In this document: positions 40,048-57,312 of the stretch, in pieces
How the letters are laid out: each line of letters opens with the position of its first letter
Numbering within the stretch: the first letter of the stretch is position 1
Assembly: GCA_037447605.1 (NCBI GenBank)
Contig: CM074813.1
Span: 1,054,001-1,118,000, forward strand
Length of the DNA stretch: 64,000 nt
From: Zygnema circumcarinatum SAG 698-1b
Taxonomy: Eukaryota > Plantae > Zygnematophyceae
Reading direction: 5' to 3'
The notes under the pieces: generated by a model
What the model was told of the DNA's origin: nothing
What the model saw: the letters and a program-made list of their open reading frames with translations, nothing else
The model's database searches: none
Made by a program: the position numbers and the translations under genes

Positions 40048-43030
40048 ATGTTGGCAACACGTGTCGCGCAGCCGTACGCTGCTCTGCAGTATGACTGCCA
40101 CAGTGGCGTCCTGTCGTCGCGCCAGCTGTCCGCCTCCTCCGCCCCCCATCATTTACCCGACGCAATCTCACCATGTGCCCGAGCTCCCATCGCTGCTGCC
40201 AGGCTCCATGCGTCCGTTAGACGGAACAGATGCGGGCAGTTCCTATGCAGCAAAGATGTAGGTTTTAGGGTTAGTTCCGCGCAGGTGGCAGTGCGAGGCG
40301 TGGAGCTGCGGAGGAGGTTTGCGGAGAGCTGGGATGTGAACGGCCATTTGGGAGGAGCGAGGAGCTTCCGTACACTGCAGGAGACAGGTGGGGGCTAAGA
40401 GGGGGGTATAAGGGGGGATTGTTTGGGGGGGAAAATTGGGGGGGGGGGGGGGGAGGGGGGAAGGAGAGGAGGGAGAGAGGGGAGAGAGTGTTGGGTGGAA
40501 GGAGGAGAGGGGTGGGAGGGAGTGGAGGAAGGATTGTATGATTGGCGAAGTGGGGAGAGGGAGGGGCACGGGAGAGAGGAGCGGAGAAGAAGGATGGGGT
40601 AAAACAGAGCGGAGAAATTAGCGACAAGAGTTGGTGGGGGCAAGAAAAGGGATTGAAGGGACGACGAGGAAAGAGGGTTCAAGTTGGTGTGGGAGAGCGA
40701 GAGGGGTTTGGGGGGGGAGTGAGAACCGGAGTTAGTGATGGAGCCAGAAAGAGTCCACATTTTGTTTGGGTTATGGACTGTAAGCTCATGTAAGGCTCAG
40801 CAGGGCGGAAAGAGATGCTGTCATTGTGAAAGTTGATCAAACCTATGTTCCAGCTCAAACATTCCGCAAGCGAAAAGGCTCCACCTGCTTGCTCGTTTTG
40901 CCACGGTTTCTTCGGTGGTCGTCAAATGTTCTACTTCCTGGTTTTTAAGCTGTTATAGTTTAAATCGTTTGGAGCAGTTACGGTTGCCGAGCTTAATATT
41001 TTCACTGAAAAAATAAATGGGATGTCATTAGCATACATTTGAGTGGCAAAAATCGGGAGCTGGACGTGTTGGATTCATGAGGAGAAGTTGATGAGCTGAA
41101 GATTATGAGCTCACACATGTCCTCTTCCTTACTCCCTTGCCCTCTCCCTCTCTCTGCAGCCCTAGAGAGGAGGCGTGCGAGTGCCAGCGGTCAAGCACGC
41201 GCATCATTATTGGGAGTGGGAGCGCCGGAAGCGCTCGTCATCGCTGTGGTGGCCCTTCTTGTGTTCGGCCCTAAAGGCCTTGCTGAGGTCAGCAACTGCA
41301 TGCAGAATTCACACACGTCCCTTGCTGAGGTCAGCGTAGCAGAAGCGGGACGCATGTAATGGTTCTGCTGAAGTCAGCACAGCGGAAGCAGACAGCAGAA
41401 TGCTGCAAGATACTGGGTGAGAAGAAGGGCATTATGTGGAGTCTTGTATCGTTGCTGATCAACGATGGATTTGAGGCAGTACTAATGGCAGTTCGTGAGT
41501 GCACGAGTACAAATGACAGGTCTAATGCAGTTGTGGAGATGGGTCGGGATTTTGACTTAAGTGCAGGTGGCCCGCAATCTTGGCAAGACGTTGAAGGCCT
41601 TCCAACCCACCATCAGAGAGCTGCAGGTATGTTGACTTTTTAACCGTTTAATGCAGTACTTTTTGGAGGAAGCAGATAGATATCTCTGTAGAGTCGGGAA
41701 AATGTATATCTCTGAAAAGGGACACGTAATACAACCTGGCTTTAGAATTATGAAATTCGTGGAATTGCTGGCAAAAGAAGCACAAGATACCCTAAAATTT
41801 GAAAGTCCAGGAATCTCTGACTGATGTTTTCATAAGGTGGCTATATAGAAGCTGAAACAAACTTTGCCTCATTTTCATAGGTAGGAGCCCATCACAGTGT
41901 TTGAGGACGTCTGACTGTCAAGAAATAAAGCACTGGATAGGTGATTAAGAACTGGACCTATCCCACTGTTATCCAAAATTTACCGCCTTTTGACTTAACT
42001 GAACTATAGACCGCGTTTGAAATTCTGATTGCTTCTATCCTCCTTCATACTTTTCTGTTGAATTATAGAATGTTAAACTTTCCCTACTGGACCTAACCAA
42101 TTGCCTCTTCTCATCTGTGCATAGGATGTATCTCGCGAATTCCGTTCGACTCTTGAGCAAGAAATCGGCCTTGATGAGCTGCGGCAGCCGTACCGTGCTC
42201 CCCCCACTGCTCTCCCTCCATCTACTCCATCCACATCCCTCCCTTCTTCGCCCCCTTCGGCTCCCACAAAAGATGGAGATTCCAGTGTTGGAACATCCGC
42301 ATCACTCCCGAAAGGTGAAGTTCAATCACGAATTGTGCACCAATTTAAGTCATTGAACTTATTCATATGATGCCAGATTATGGTAGCATGACCAGATCAA
42401 ATGTTATTCAGAGTCGGGGTTAATGCAGGCAGCTTAGCCCTAATTAAAGTAGAAGGAATGACACGAGCTGTTTGATTTGATGTCCCAGGATGTCGGTGTT
42501 ATTGTGGCTATCTCTTCACATGCATGCATACGGATGCAATTTGAAAAGCTGAAAGTTGTGGGAATTGGGGTCTCAGAACTTTCAGCGTATTCAGCAGAGG
42601 ACTATGCGCGCGTGACAGAGGAACAAGCACGGTCGCTTGTGTCTGAGGACATGCGAAAAGGTGAGGAGAGGCCAAGCGAGAAAGGGAGAGGAAGTGGGAG
42701 AGCACTTTCTTGGCTGCTCTGAACCTTTGTTACCCTCCTCTTTCTCTCTCCCTCTCCTCTCTCTCTCTTTCTTTCTTTCTCTCTCTCTCTCTCTTCTCGC
42801 TTCACTCTCTACTTGTCTTTTCTGTGTTTTTTAATTTTCATATGCGATGGTTTTGTGGGTTCACAGCGGCTGCGGCTGCAGCTTGGGGAGGTGCACCTCC
42901 TCCACCTCGACCTCAGGGCGGCGCAGCGCCTGCGACTGAACTGGGCACTCAGCCGCCGGCCGCCGCGGGGGCGATAACGAAGGAGGCCACTGAAAGTTCG
43001 AAAGTGGGAGGGGATGCTCCGAGGCAATGA
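40048..43030 (+). CDS. HCF106: Thylakoid Tat translocase subunit TatB (HCF106)
   Basis: A transit-peptide exon is followed by ASLLGVGAPEALVIAVVALLVFGPKGLAE|VARNLGKTLKAFQPTIRELQ|DVSREFRSTLEQEIGLDE and AYSAEDYARVTEEQ. Stop at 43030. Confidence 0.93.
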
Positions 43031-43802
43031 GTGGGGAGAGGGCGAAGGAGGAAGGGTTGGGGGTTCTGTTTGAAGCGTGCGCATTCAACAAAGTGGAGGT
43101 GGTGTTGGGGTGTGATGTCCACGCTCAAGTTTTGCAGTTGTTTGGAGTGTCTCTGTGTTCTTGTTCGAAATTAGGGTTTGGTCGTGCAGTGCACGTGTGT
43201 GTCTGCATGGTACAGCGCATGCAGGAGTATGGCCATGGCCATGGCCATTACATCGACCATGATCGTGACCACGGTCCGCACCTGAAAGTCTGATTGGCAG
43301 CTCCACTGTTAACTTCATTGTCGACTGTGCGAAAGTTGCAAAGCGCCAACGTGTCATCCACAACAAAAAACCTTAAGAATTCTTTACTATGCCGCAGTTT
43401 CGTCCAATTGCAGCGTAATGTTTCAAAAGTTGCTTGTGAAGCATAGCGCATTACTACTTTAGCCTTCGTGCCTCATGGCGCACGCCATGCATGGCTATGC
43501 ATATGCGCATGCTTCCCAGTGCTCTCCATGTCATCGATATGTTCTCAACCAAATGTTGGCACAAAAGAGGAGTCCGGATGGTCTAAATTTCCAATATTCA
43601 ACCCAACAATACCGAATACCGTGTACACAATACTGAATACTATATCGAGTACCGAATGCCACACTGAATATCGCATGCTGAACGAATGCTGAATACTGGA
43701 TATCGCAACAATTACTGAACACCGTATCGAAGCGGTGACCGGATACCGAACTCCGAAAATCATGTTGAATACCGAATTCCGGATTTCGCGAACACAGCCC
43801 CG

Positions 43803-43905
43803 CCCCGCGGTATATCGGTGGCCCCGCGGTATATCGGTGGCCCCGCGGTATATCGGTGGACCCGCGGTATATCGGTGGACCCGCGGTATATCGGTGGCCC
43901 CGCGC
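43803..43905. repeat. 19-bp tandem repeat (CCCCGCGGTATATCGGTGG)x5
   Basis: Five near-identical units at exact 19-bp spacing. They are preceded (43600-43790) by many ATACCGAA/ATACTGAA motifs. Confidence 0.9.
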
Positions 43906-44677
43906 TTAAAACAACGTGTTACATTTATCTCCACCTCCAGCTTCCACCCCGCCGTCACTTGCTTGGAATCAGGCCATAAAATAATCTAGCAGAGGAGCTG
44001 CTTCCACTCACAGTGAGTGGCCTTGTACAGTCGAGCATGCAATGTACTGTTAATATTATTTTTTCCCTCTGTACACGAGTCATGCGAGTGCTTGTTGCTT
44101 TCTTTGGCCGAGCTGGTGGTTGATTTGCGAAAGGAATGTCCATCTGTCCTATACATAGCCATCAAATGTACATGGACAAAATCAACAGGGGGAATCACGA
44201 GGAACTGATCACAAAAGACCCAAGGACATTAGAAAAGCTATGAGCGGATATCTTCTTTTGGCCTCAAGAACGCCTAGAAGCAGCCGCCGACGGAACCTGT
44301 TGTGCGCTCGCGCAGAGTTTCTCATTTCCTTTGCACTGCGCCCTTCGCCTCCGTCTTCTCCTTTTTGGCTTTGTTTTAGGACAAGGACATCGCGTGTGAG
44401 GGTGTTGGGTTTGACCGTTGGATATTGAGGATACTGTTTCCATAGTTTACTCTTACTGTTTACTCTTTTGTCGCAGCCTTTCCCCTCCCTCCGCCCATTT
44501 ACTTTTTTCATTTTTTGTTTTTGTTTTGTTATGTAACGTCTGAGAACAGCCTAACGCGACAGCCTGTAACGTCTTCGTCACTCTGATCATTTCATGTCAC
44601 ACTTCATAGATTAACAACTGGAACATTAGAAAGGAATCTTGTTAAAATTAAATGTTTATTGCATGCGGCACCTTACT

Positions 44678-47161
44678 TCAAGTCACGGAGTCGAGCCACG
44701 CGTCAAAGTCATCATCTTCACTGGATGCAACATTCGCCGTTTTCCCAGCTGACGCCAAATTCAAGAAACTACTTTTTGTCGGGGGTTCAGCCTCACTCCT
44801 AGAGGGGGGAATGCTGCTGCTTTTATTATTTTCTTGTCGAGAGAAACCTCCAGAATTTGCATCTTGTAACTTGTTTCCATTCCACAATGTGCCGACATTC
44901 TCCTTCCTCGTCGAAGGGCGGTCAATCTTTTCTATCTCCAGAAGGGAATCGACCTCCTCCTCCTCTTTCCTTTCCTTGGAGCTCCCAACCTTTGTGGCAG
45001 GCTCTGCCTCCGTCTCCCACTCTGTAACTTGCTGGCTATAGGGAGAGAGAACAGGTGGATGAGATTTTTCCCAATTTGGCTCAATTGATGTAGGCAGGTG
45101 CACCTTTTTGATTGGACTTTTCACTCCGTAGAGGGTTGAAGCTACTTTCTCCGTTTCTTGAGACTTAAACGTGTGTGGAGATACGGAAATCTCTCCTAGT
45201 AGTTTCATGTTTTCCCATTCCCATTCCCATTCCCATTCTTCATCGTCATCTTCTTCCAGATCAAAAAGGTTGCCATGGTTTCTTTCCGTTCCGCTCTCTT
45301 TGAGTTCGTTTTCCTGAACATGCTCAACAAAAGAGCAGCTCCTATGAGAAACCATAGTAAAACTTCAAACAATGTCTGCATGAGCATAGAGGCCAGAAGC
45401 TTAGAAGCTCAATAAAAGCTCTCTCTCCCTTAAACCTCTCTCTATCTCTTTCTCCTCCCTTCCTAGTCTATGCCATTCCCGCAACTCTCGCTCCTGCCCT
45501 TTCCCTTTTCGTAACCCTGAAACCTCTAAACACTGGAAACAGTAATGCACTACATCCAGAAGGGTAACACTCAAATATGAAGGATGTCAGGGGTGTATGG
45601 TCAATGTGAACATGCATATTTACCGTTGGAAGTGATAAAAACTGTTGCGGAATATCGAGTAGGGAGGAGAGAGGCAGGAGGGCAAGTTGTGAAGCCATGG
45701 CTTGGAGGTCCAAGGACAGAATGTCAGCCTGCATGAAGGTGTAGACAGAGGGAGCCACACGGGAGTAGACTTGGAGAAATAAAACCAAGGTATATGAAAA
45801 CAAAGTGTATGCTTGAGTCACATCAGAATGGAACCTTTTTTTTTTTTTTTTTAATCATGCAATTGGACTGAGCGTGAGAGGTTGTAGTAGATCTAAAACA
45901 TTAAACCCATGGGATGAGTGAGAGGATATTTAGCATCCAGCACACAGAGATAAAAAACCCGACTGAAACGAGCTTCTGAACATGTGTTATCAAGGCTTTT
46001 GCAAACTACTTAGCTGCACCCAAAAAAAAAAAACTTATCAAGTAAAAAGGCTGTCAACCATGAAAATGCTCGTTTTTTCAAAAAACCCACCGGCTCAGAA
46101 GGCTGAGTGGATATGGGAAGGCTGTCTATGAAGGCCCACTCATCGAGAGGAGAAAAAGACCCTAAGCCTGATGACAGATGGAAAAAAGGATCTGGAAAAT
46201 CCAAGAAACGCAAAAGAAATCTTAAGAAACTTGAGTACAAAATAAGATCCTTCCTTCAATCTACAGAGCATATGACTAGACATGACTACTAGTATCTATC
46301 CTGCACATGACTAAACATACTCAAACGTGAGCTTTAGAACCTTCAGGTATAAGAAAATTGCAAGAGGAACAAAAACAACACACGTCGATAAGAGCCCTCC
46401 TCCCCCCCNNNNNNNNNNCCCCCCCCCCCCCCCCCCCCCCCCCCAACAAAAAAAAAAGCCTTCAATTTCCAACGACCGTGCCAGCTCCCAAAACTGTAAA
46501 ACCCTCCAATTATCCAAAATTCAGAACCGTCCGAAGTCTCAGAAAAACTCCAGAGTCTCAAATACCTCCGCTTCAACCCACCCTTGAAAGTTTAAAGAGC
46601 ACCATTACCTGCATGTTTCTCGCTCAAGAGGACGCCATAGTCTGCTCCTGCGCTCTTCCTTTGAACCTCTGCGGGCCCCTCCCCCTCCCTCTCCCTCCCT
46701 CCTCCCTCCTCCTCCGCCTCCGCGTACTGCGCGGCGTTGCTGGGCAGGAAAGTATGTCTGTTGGGCAAACACGGCCATCCCATGCCATGACTTCAAAGGA
46801 TTTTTCGAGTTTTATAGCCTCTCTAGGACTTGAAGATGTTGTGGGGTTCTAGCAGTCATACCCAAGTTAGAATTTTCTAAGTCTCGTAGAAATTCTTTCA
46901 ATTCATTCATTCGTCCTAGTCATTTCTTCAAACATTGATATCTCTCTATCGCCCCGCTCTCGCCATTTTTCCTACTCTCTCTCCTTTTCTCTCTCCTCCT
47001 CTCTCTCCTCCTCTCCCTCCCACACCCTCTCTACCCTCTCTCACTCCCCCCCTCTCTCACCCTCTGCTCTCCGGGGGCCCTCCCCCTCCCCTCCGCCCCC
47101 CCCGGCCTTTGTGGCGGAGGTTGTTGACGCGCTGCTTGCGCGCGTCTGCCTTGTGCTCCAT
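44678..47161 (-). CDS. CER16/Aven-like protein
   Basis: Exon 1 MEHKADARKQRVNNLRHKGRGGRRGGGG splices in phase 2 to HTFLPSNAAQY...RKSAGADYGVLLSE. A middle exon reads LSLDLQAMASQLALLPLSSLLDIPQQFL and the C-terminus is EDDDFDAWLDSVT. These resemble Aven/CER16 motifs (LPSNWDRY, KGADY/F, EELEDWLDSM; recalled, not searched). Confidence 0.72.
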
Positions 47162-47495
47162 CACTCGGTTAGGGCTGATGTGGCAACCGGCCGCAGCGCC
47201 ACGTGTCAGGTCGCTGCACAACGCTTTTCCTCCGTTCCCACGTGGCAGAAGGTAACAAGCCCCGCGCGGTACCCGCACACCCAAGGTCGTTGATACAAAA
47301 AAGAAAATAGTTTTTGCGAAAGGTCGAAAATTAAAATTTATTCAAAATTTTGAAACCTGACCCCCAATTTGAAGATCACGTTTCGGCGGATGGTGGATGA
47401 CGGGAGATCAAGACCAACACCGTACGGCTTTGAGATCAACAGTGGAAGAGAGCACTTGTGGCGGCAATCAACCGGGACAAGAGCCATTTCGAGTA

Positions 47496-47980
47496 CAGTC
47501 TAATCACGTTATAGTGACTGTGTCGGTCCCCACATGTTTGTGTCACTATATCGGTAATGACCCGTTTGTCATTTCACATTTATAGTAACAATGTTATTAG
47601 ATATGTTTTTGCGGTATACCCGTACGCCTTTGATACCGTACATTGTACTTTTTGGGCAGTCGTCACGTGGGTAGGTGTGTACGAACCCTAGTAAGCATGT
47701 GTACGGACAAGTCGATATGTACGGTAAAGTCGATATCTGACGGTATTAGTCGATAATGTGTACAGTCCTAATATATTTGATAACACATATTCCAATACGT
47801 GGGTGGATAATATCGACATTTTGAACATATAGTAACAATTAGGGCTTTTCAGCGTCGTTATATCCGTAATGGCGTCACTACTGGCGCAGGATCTGCAGTG
47901 GTGCAATTCCGTTCCCGGAAAAAAAGTCAGTATATCCATGCTGTTCTTATAAACAGTGTCACTATAACGTGATTAGACTG
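47496..47980. mobile_element. Tc1/mariner-type MITE, 485 bp, TA TSD
   Basis: Perfect 23-bp TIRs CAGTCTAATCACGTTATAGTGAC, flanked by TA at 47494-47495 and 47981-47982. No coding capacity. Confidence 0.85.
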
Positions 47981-47982
47981 TA

Positions 47983-48086
47983 CAGTCTAATCACGTTATA
48001 GTGACTCTGTCGGTCCCCACGTGTTTGTGTCACTATATCCATAATGACCCGTTTGTCATTTCACATTTATAGTAACAATGTTATTA
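47983..48086. mobile_element. Truncated second copy of the same MITE (left ~104 bp), head-to-tail
   Basis: Near-identical to 47496-47598 and begins immediately after the shared TA. Confidence 0.8.
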
Positions 48087-48434
48087 AATAAGGGAGGTAC
48101 TTTCATTGAACTCGCGATGGCGAGGCCATCAAATGTACATGGACAAAGGCAAAATGTGGAACCACGAAGGACTGGTCACAAAGGACCGAAACACAATAAA
48201 ACGAAGCTAGGAGCGGAAAACTACGCCTAGGCACAACAAGCCCTGCTAAGAAATAGTTTCAAATTCTAATATTTTAAGAGATAAGGTTTCATTCCATCTC
48301 TCCATCATAACTTCAAGTCGAGCACTAAAAAGAAACTCGTATCACATAACTTGAAGCGTCTAAGCATATTTATTTCTGCTACTTTTTGCACCTGTTCAAC
48401 AAATGGCCTCTTTCATCCAGAACGGAAGCCGTGA

Positions 48435-50918
48435 TCAGGAGCGCGGCGGGCATTTGGTGACGTAAGATATGACGACAACACCATCAATAAGCACAACTTT
48501 GGCATAGTCTACTTCCTCGGTGTAGCAAAAACAGGAAATTTCCTCCTCCTTGAGTATCACAAAGCCAAACGTTCTTCGACTGCAGAGGAAACTGCATCCC
48601 GATGCTGCCGATACAGTCGCTCGATACTCGTAATCAGCGTCAAACAAAACGGGAAGCTGATAGAACCTGGATGGGCTTGTGCTGTTGGGTGGCAGCCAAC
48701 AACCGGAGGATGCCGGAGGTGGTGCAGAAAAGGGCTCGCCCGGGGGGGGGAATGGGAGTGACGAGGGGGAGGGAGAAGGAGGAGGAGGAGGAGGAGAAGG
48801 AGGAGGACGAGGAGGAGGAGAAGGAGGNNNNNNNNNNGGAGGAGGAGGAGGAGGAGGAGGAGGAGGAGGAGGAGGAGGAGGAGGAGAAGGAGGAGGAGGT
48901 GAGCGTTTTAGAGGAGGGGGAGGCTTCGACCGGCGCCGCGGGGGCGGGGGAAGCCGGCGCGAAGGAGGCGGTGAAGAAGAGGTGGGACTGGGCGCGGGCG
49001 GAGAGGGGGGATGGGGAGAGAGGGCAGAGGTAGGTGGGGGGAAAGGAACGTGAGGGGGAGGAAACGATGACCGAGGTGGGGGAGGGGAAGTGGACGGTGG
49101 GGGGAGGGGGAAAGGGGAAGGGGGAGGGGACGGGAGGGGAGGAGGAGAAGGAGAAAGCGAGGGGGAAGGAGAGGGTGGAGAGGGAGGAGAGGGTGGAAGG
49201 GGGGATGGGGAACTTGGAGGTGTCCGAGGTGCAGCGGGAGGAGGGGTAAAGGGGAGAGAGGGCGGAAGGCGGGCTGGTGGTGGTTGGCGAGGTGGAGCCA
49301 AGGGCTTGGGAGAAGGTGGAGGTGTGCGGGGAGGGAAACGAGTCCATGGAGGAGGTGAAGGAAAAGGGGGAGGTCGATTAGGGGGATATGCGGAAGGGGC
49401 TGATGGAGGAGTGAGAACCAGATGAGGGGGAGGAGAGGTAGGTGAAAGATGGGGAGGAGGTCGATGGGAGGGTGGTGGAGAACGGGGAGGGGGGAGAGGA
49501 AAGGGAGGACGAGGGAAGGGAGGAGGCCGGGATGGGCGACGAGGTGGTGGACGGCGGGAGGGGCGCGGACGAGGTGGGGGGAAGAGAGGCGATGGTGGAG
49601 GGGAAACTGATGCGGATTCAGGAGGGCAAGCTTTCACATAGGACTGAAGGATTCCTTCAGCAAACTTTGTCTCAAAGGACACATCTCTCGTCAAGCAAAC
49701 GCAGTATTCAGCGTCATTTACAGAATAAACCATAAAACCAAATGGAAAGAAACAGATTGCCGCACACTCTGAAGCGTCAGCCACTGGGCCGTAAAGGTCA
49801 TAGTCGATAGTATTGAAGCCATAGTTGAAGAAAAAGTATCCAGAGGGGTCCGTGCTGTTATACAAAAATGGGCAAGCGGAAATTGGTGAAGGTGAAGGTG
49901 GGGGCCGCATGTCAATGTCAGTTTCCGGGGGGCATTGGGGCACCCACGATACAGTAGGCACGTTCACAATTGAGGTAGCGTCATAGGCAATCTCCTCAAG
50001 GTAACAAAAGCAATAAGGAGTGCCAGATTGCACTTGCAAAACGAAACCAAAGCCTTCTTGTTCACAGTGGTGGAAACATCCCATCGACCCCGTTTCTTTC
50101 ACATCGAACCCAGAACCTACTCGAGCATAAAAGAGAAATGGGTACTGATAAAAGTTTGGTGGGTTTGTGCTGTTCGGCTGCACCCAACAAGGGGGTGGAG
50201 GAGGCACAAAGGGCGGGGGGGAGGGAGTTGGGGGACAAAGCTTGACGTAAGAAAACGTATCCGAATCAGCGACAATGTAGTTTTCGTAAGTCACTTGAGT
50301 CTTCAAACAGAAACAAAGCCACCGTCCGCTTTGCTTTTGAATAGTGAAACCGTCGCGGTATGAGCGGCTTGAGCATATTGTGCTGCAGTTGGTGGGAGTA
50401 TCGACAATACCGAATCCAGAAGTCGACACATTGAAGATTCGATTGAACACAAAGTAATCTTGGGGAGAGGTGCTGTTGGGTGTAAGCCAACATGAGTCGC
50501 CTGCAACAATTTCAAACAGTAAGGAAAAAAGATGGTTCAGAATGTGTACTGTCATTTTTCAACTTCTGATTCAAATCATAATTTACATAAAGAAGAAACA
50601 TATTCATAGGCTGCAGCTTTATGTTTTCACATAATATCCTCAGGAAGTTATTTCTCAAAAAATCAATTTACACACTCTTTCTAGGAAAATGCCATCTTCC
50701 AGTGGGCATCCAATTAGTCAGTCTTTAAGAAAATTTAAAGATGTTTTGCAAAAAAATCCTCCTTCTTTCAGTTTCCTAAATTTCTGATAACTCTCACCAG
50801 CTGCAGTGGACGGCAGAGTGCTCAGAAAAATAACTGAAATAAAAACAATCCCTGGATTGTGGGTCAGGAGGTTAAGCTTCCTTCCACGATAGAGATACCT
50901 CCCCTCCATGACTTCCAT
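48435..50918 (-). CDS. Secreted hydroxyproline-rich (extensin-like) protein with four Cys-rich ~85-aa repeats
   Basis: A signal-peptide exon (GIVFISVIFLSTLPSTAAG; ATG at 50918 or 50909) splices in phase 1 to TTGCAG|GCGAC. Three repeats precede a long SPPPP/Pro-rich rod and one repeat follows it. An N gap lies in the poly-Pro tract (48828-48837). Confidence 0.85.
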
Positions 50919-51212
50919 TTGCTGCTTCTCTGTAACCAACAATACTCCTCACAGTTTCCGTTACTCCAATTCAGTCCTGAGCTTTGAAACCCAAACGAAG
51001 GGGAGAAAAAACATGGGTTTTGTCGATATATTTCTTGTAATAAAAAAAATGAGTTGCGATATAGCGCTGCATGTGCGGAGTCCCAAGGCCCTCCCCTTCC
51101 CTCTCCCTCCCCCTCCCCCACTCCTCGGCACAGCACGGCGGAGAGAGAGAGAGAGCCAGCGAGAGAGAGAGACAGAGGGGGAGGTGGTGGGGCCAGCGGG
51201 GCGGAAATGGTT

Positions 51213-51262
51213 CGTACGGTACCAAACTGTACGGTCCAACACTGTACAGTAAAAAACTGTAC
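51213..51262. promoter_or_regulatory. GTAC cluster (possible SBP/SPL-type sites) in the divergent promoter
   Basis: GTAC occurs at 51214, 51219, 51229, 51244 and 51259. The last three are ACTGTAC at exact 15-bp spacing. Confidence 0.35.
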
Positions 51263-51520
51263 GAATTTGTCGTTTATGCGTGTCCGGTTGCAAACCCGCG
51301 GCCGAAAATGCGCGCACCGGATTTCAAAATCACTTTTTGTCGGTGGACTAAATTTGTTATTTTGTTCTTACCGCATTTTTTTTTCTTTGTCCGTGACCGA
51401 AAACTGGACCCGACAAATAAAAAGAGCCTCGAAATGTTCAAATGGAACCACGAGAAACTGGACCTTACATGTGACCCGTTCTCGTGTTGATGTTAACGGG
51501 TTGACTGTGGCATAGAACGG

Positions 51521-57312
<5,792 letters not shown>

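Noticed and set aside
44209-44511. 100-aa minus-strand ORF between HCF106 and the CER16-like gene
   Set aside because: It has no recognisable motif or splice context, it lies in a probable 3' region, and it overlaps a dispersed repeat.
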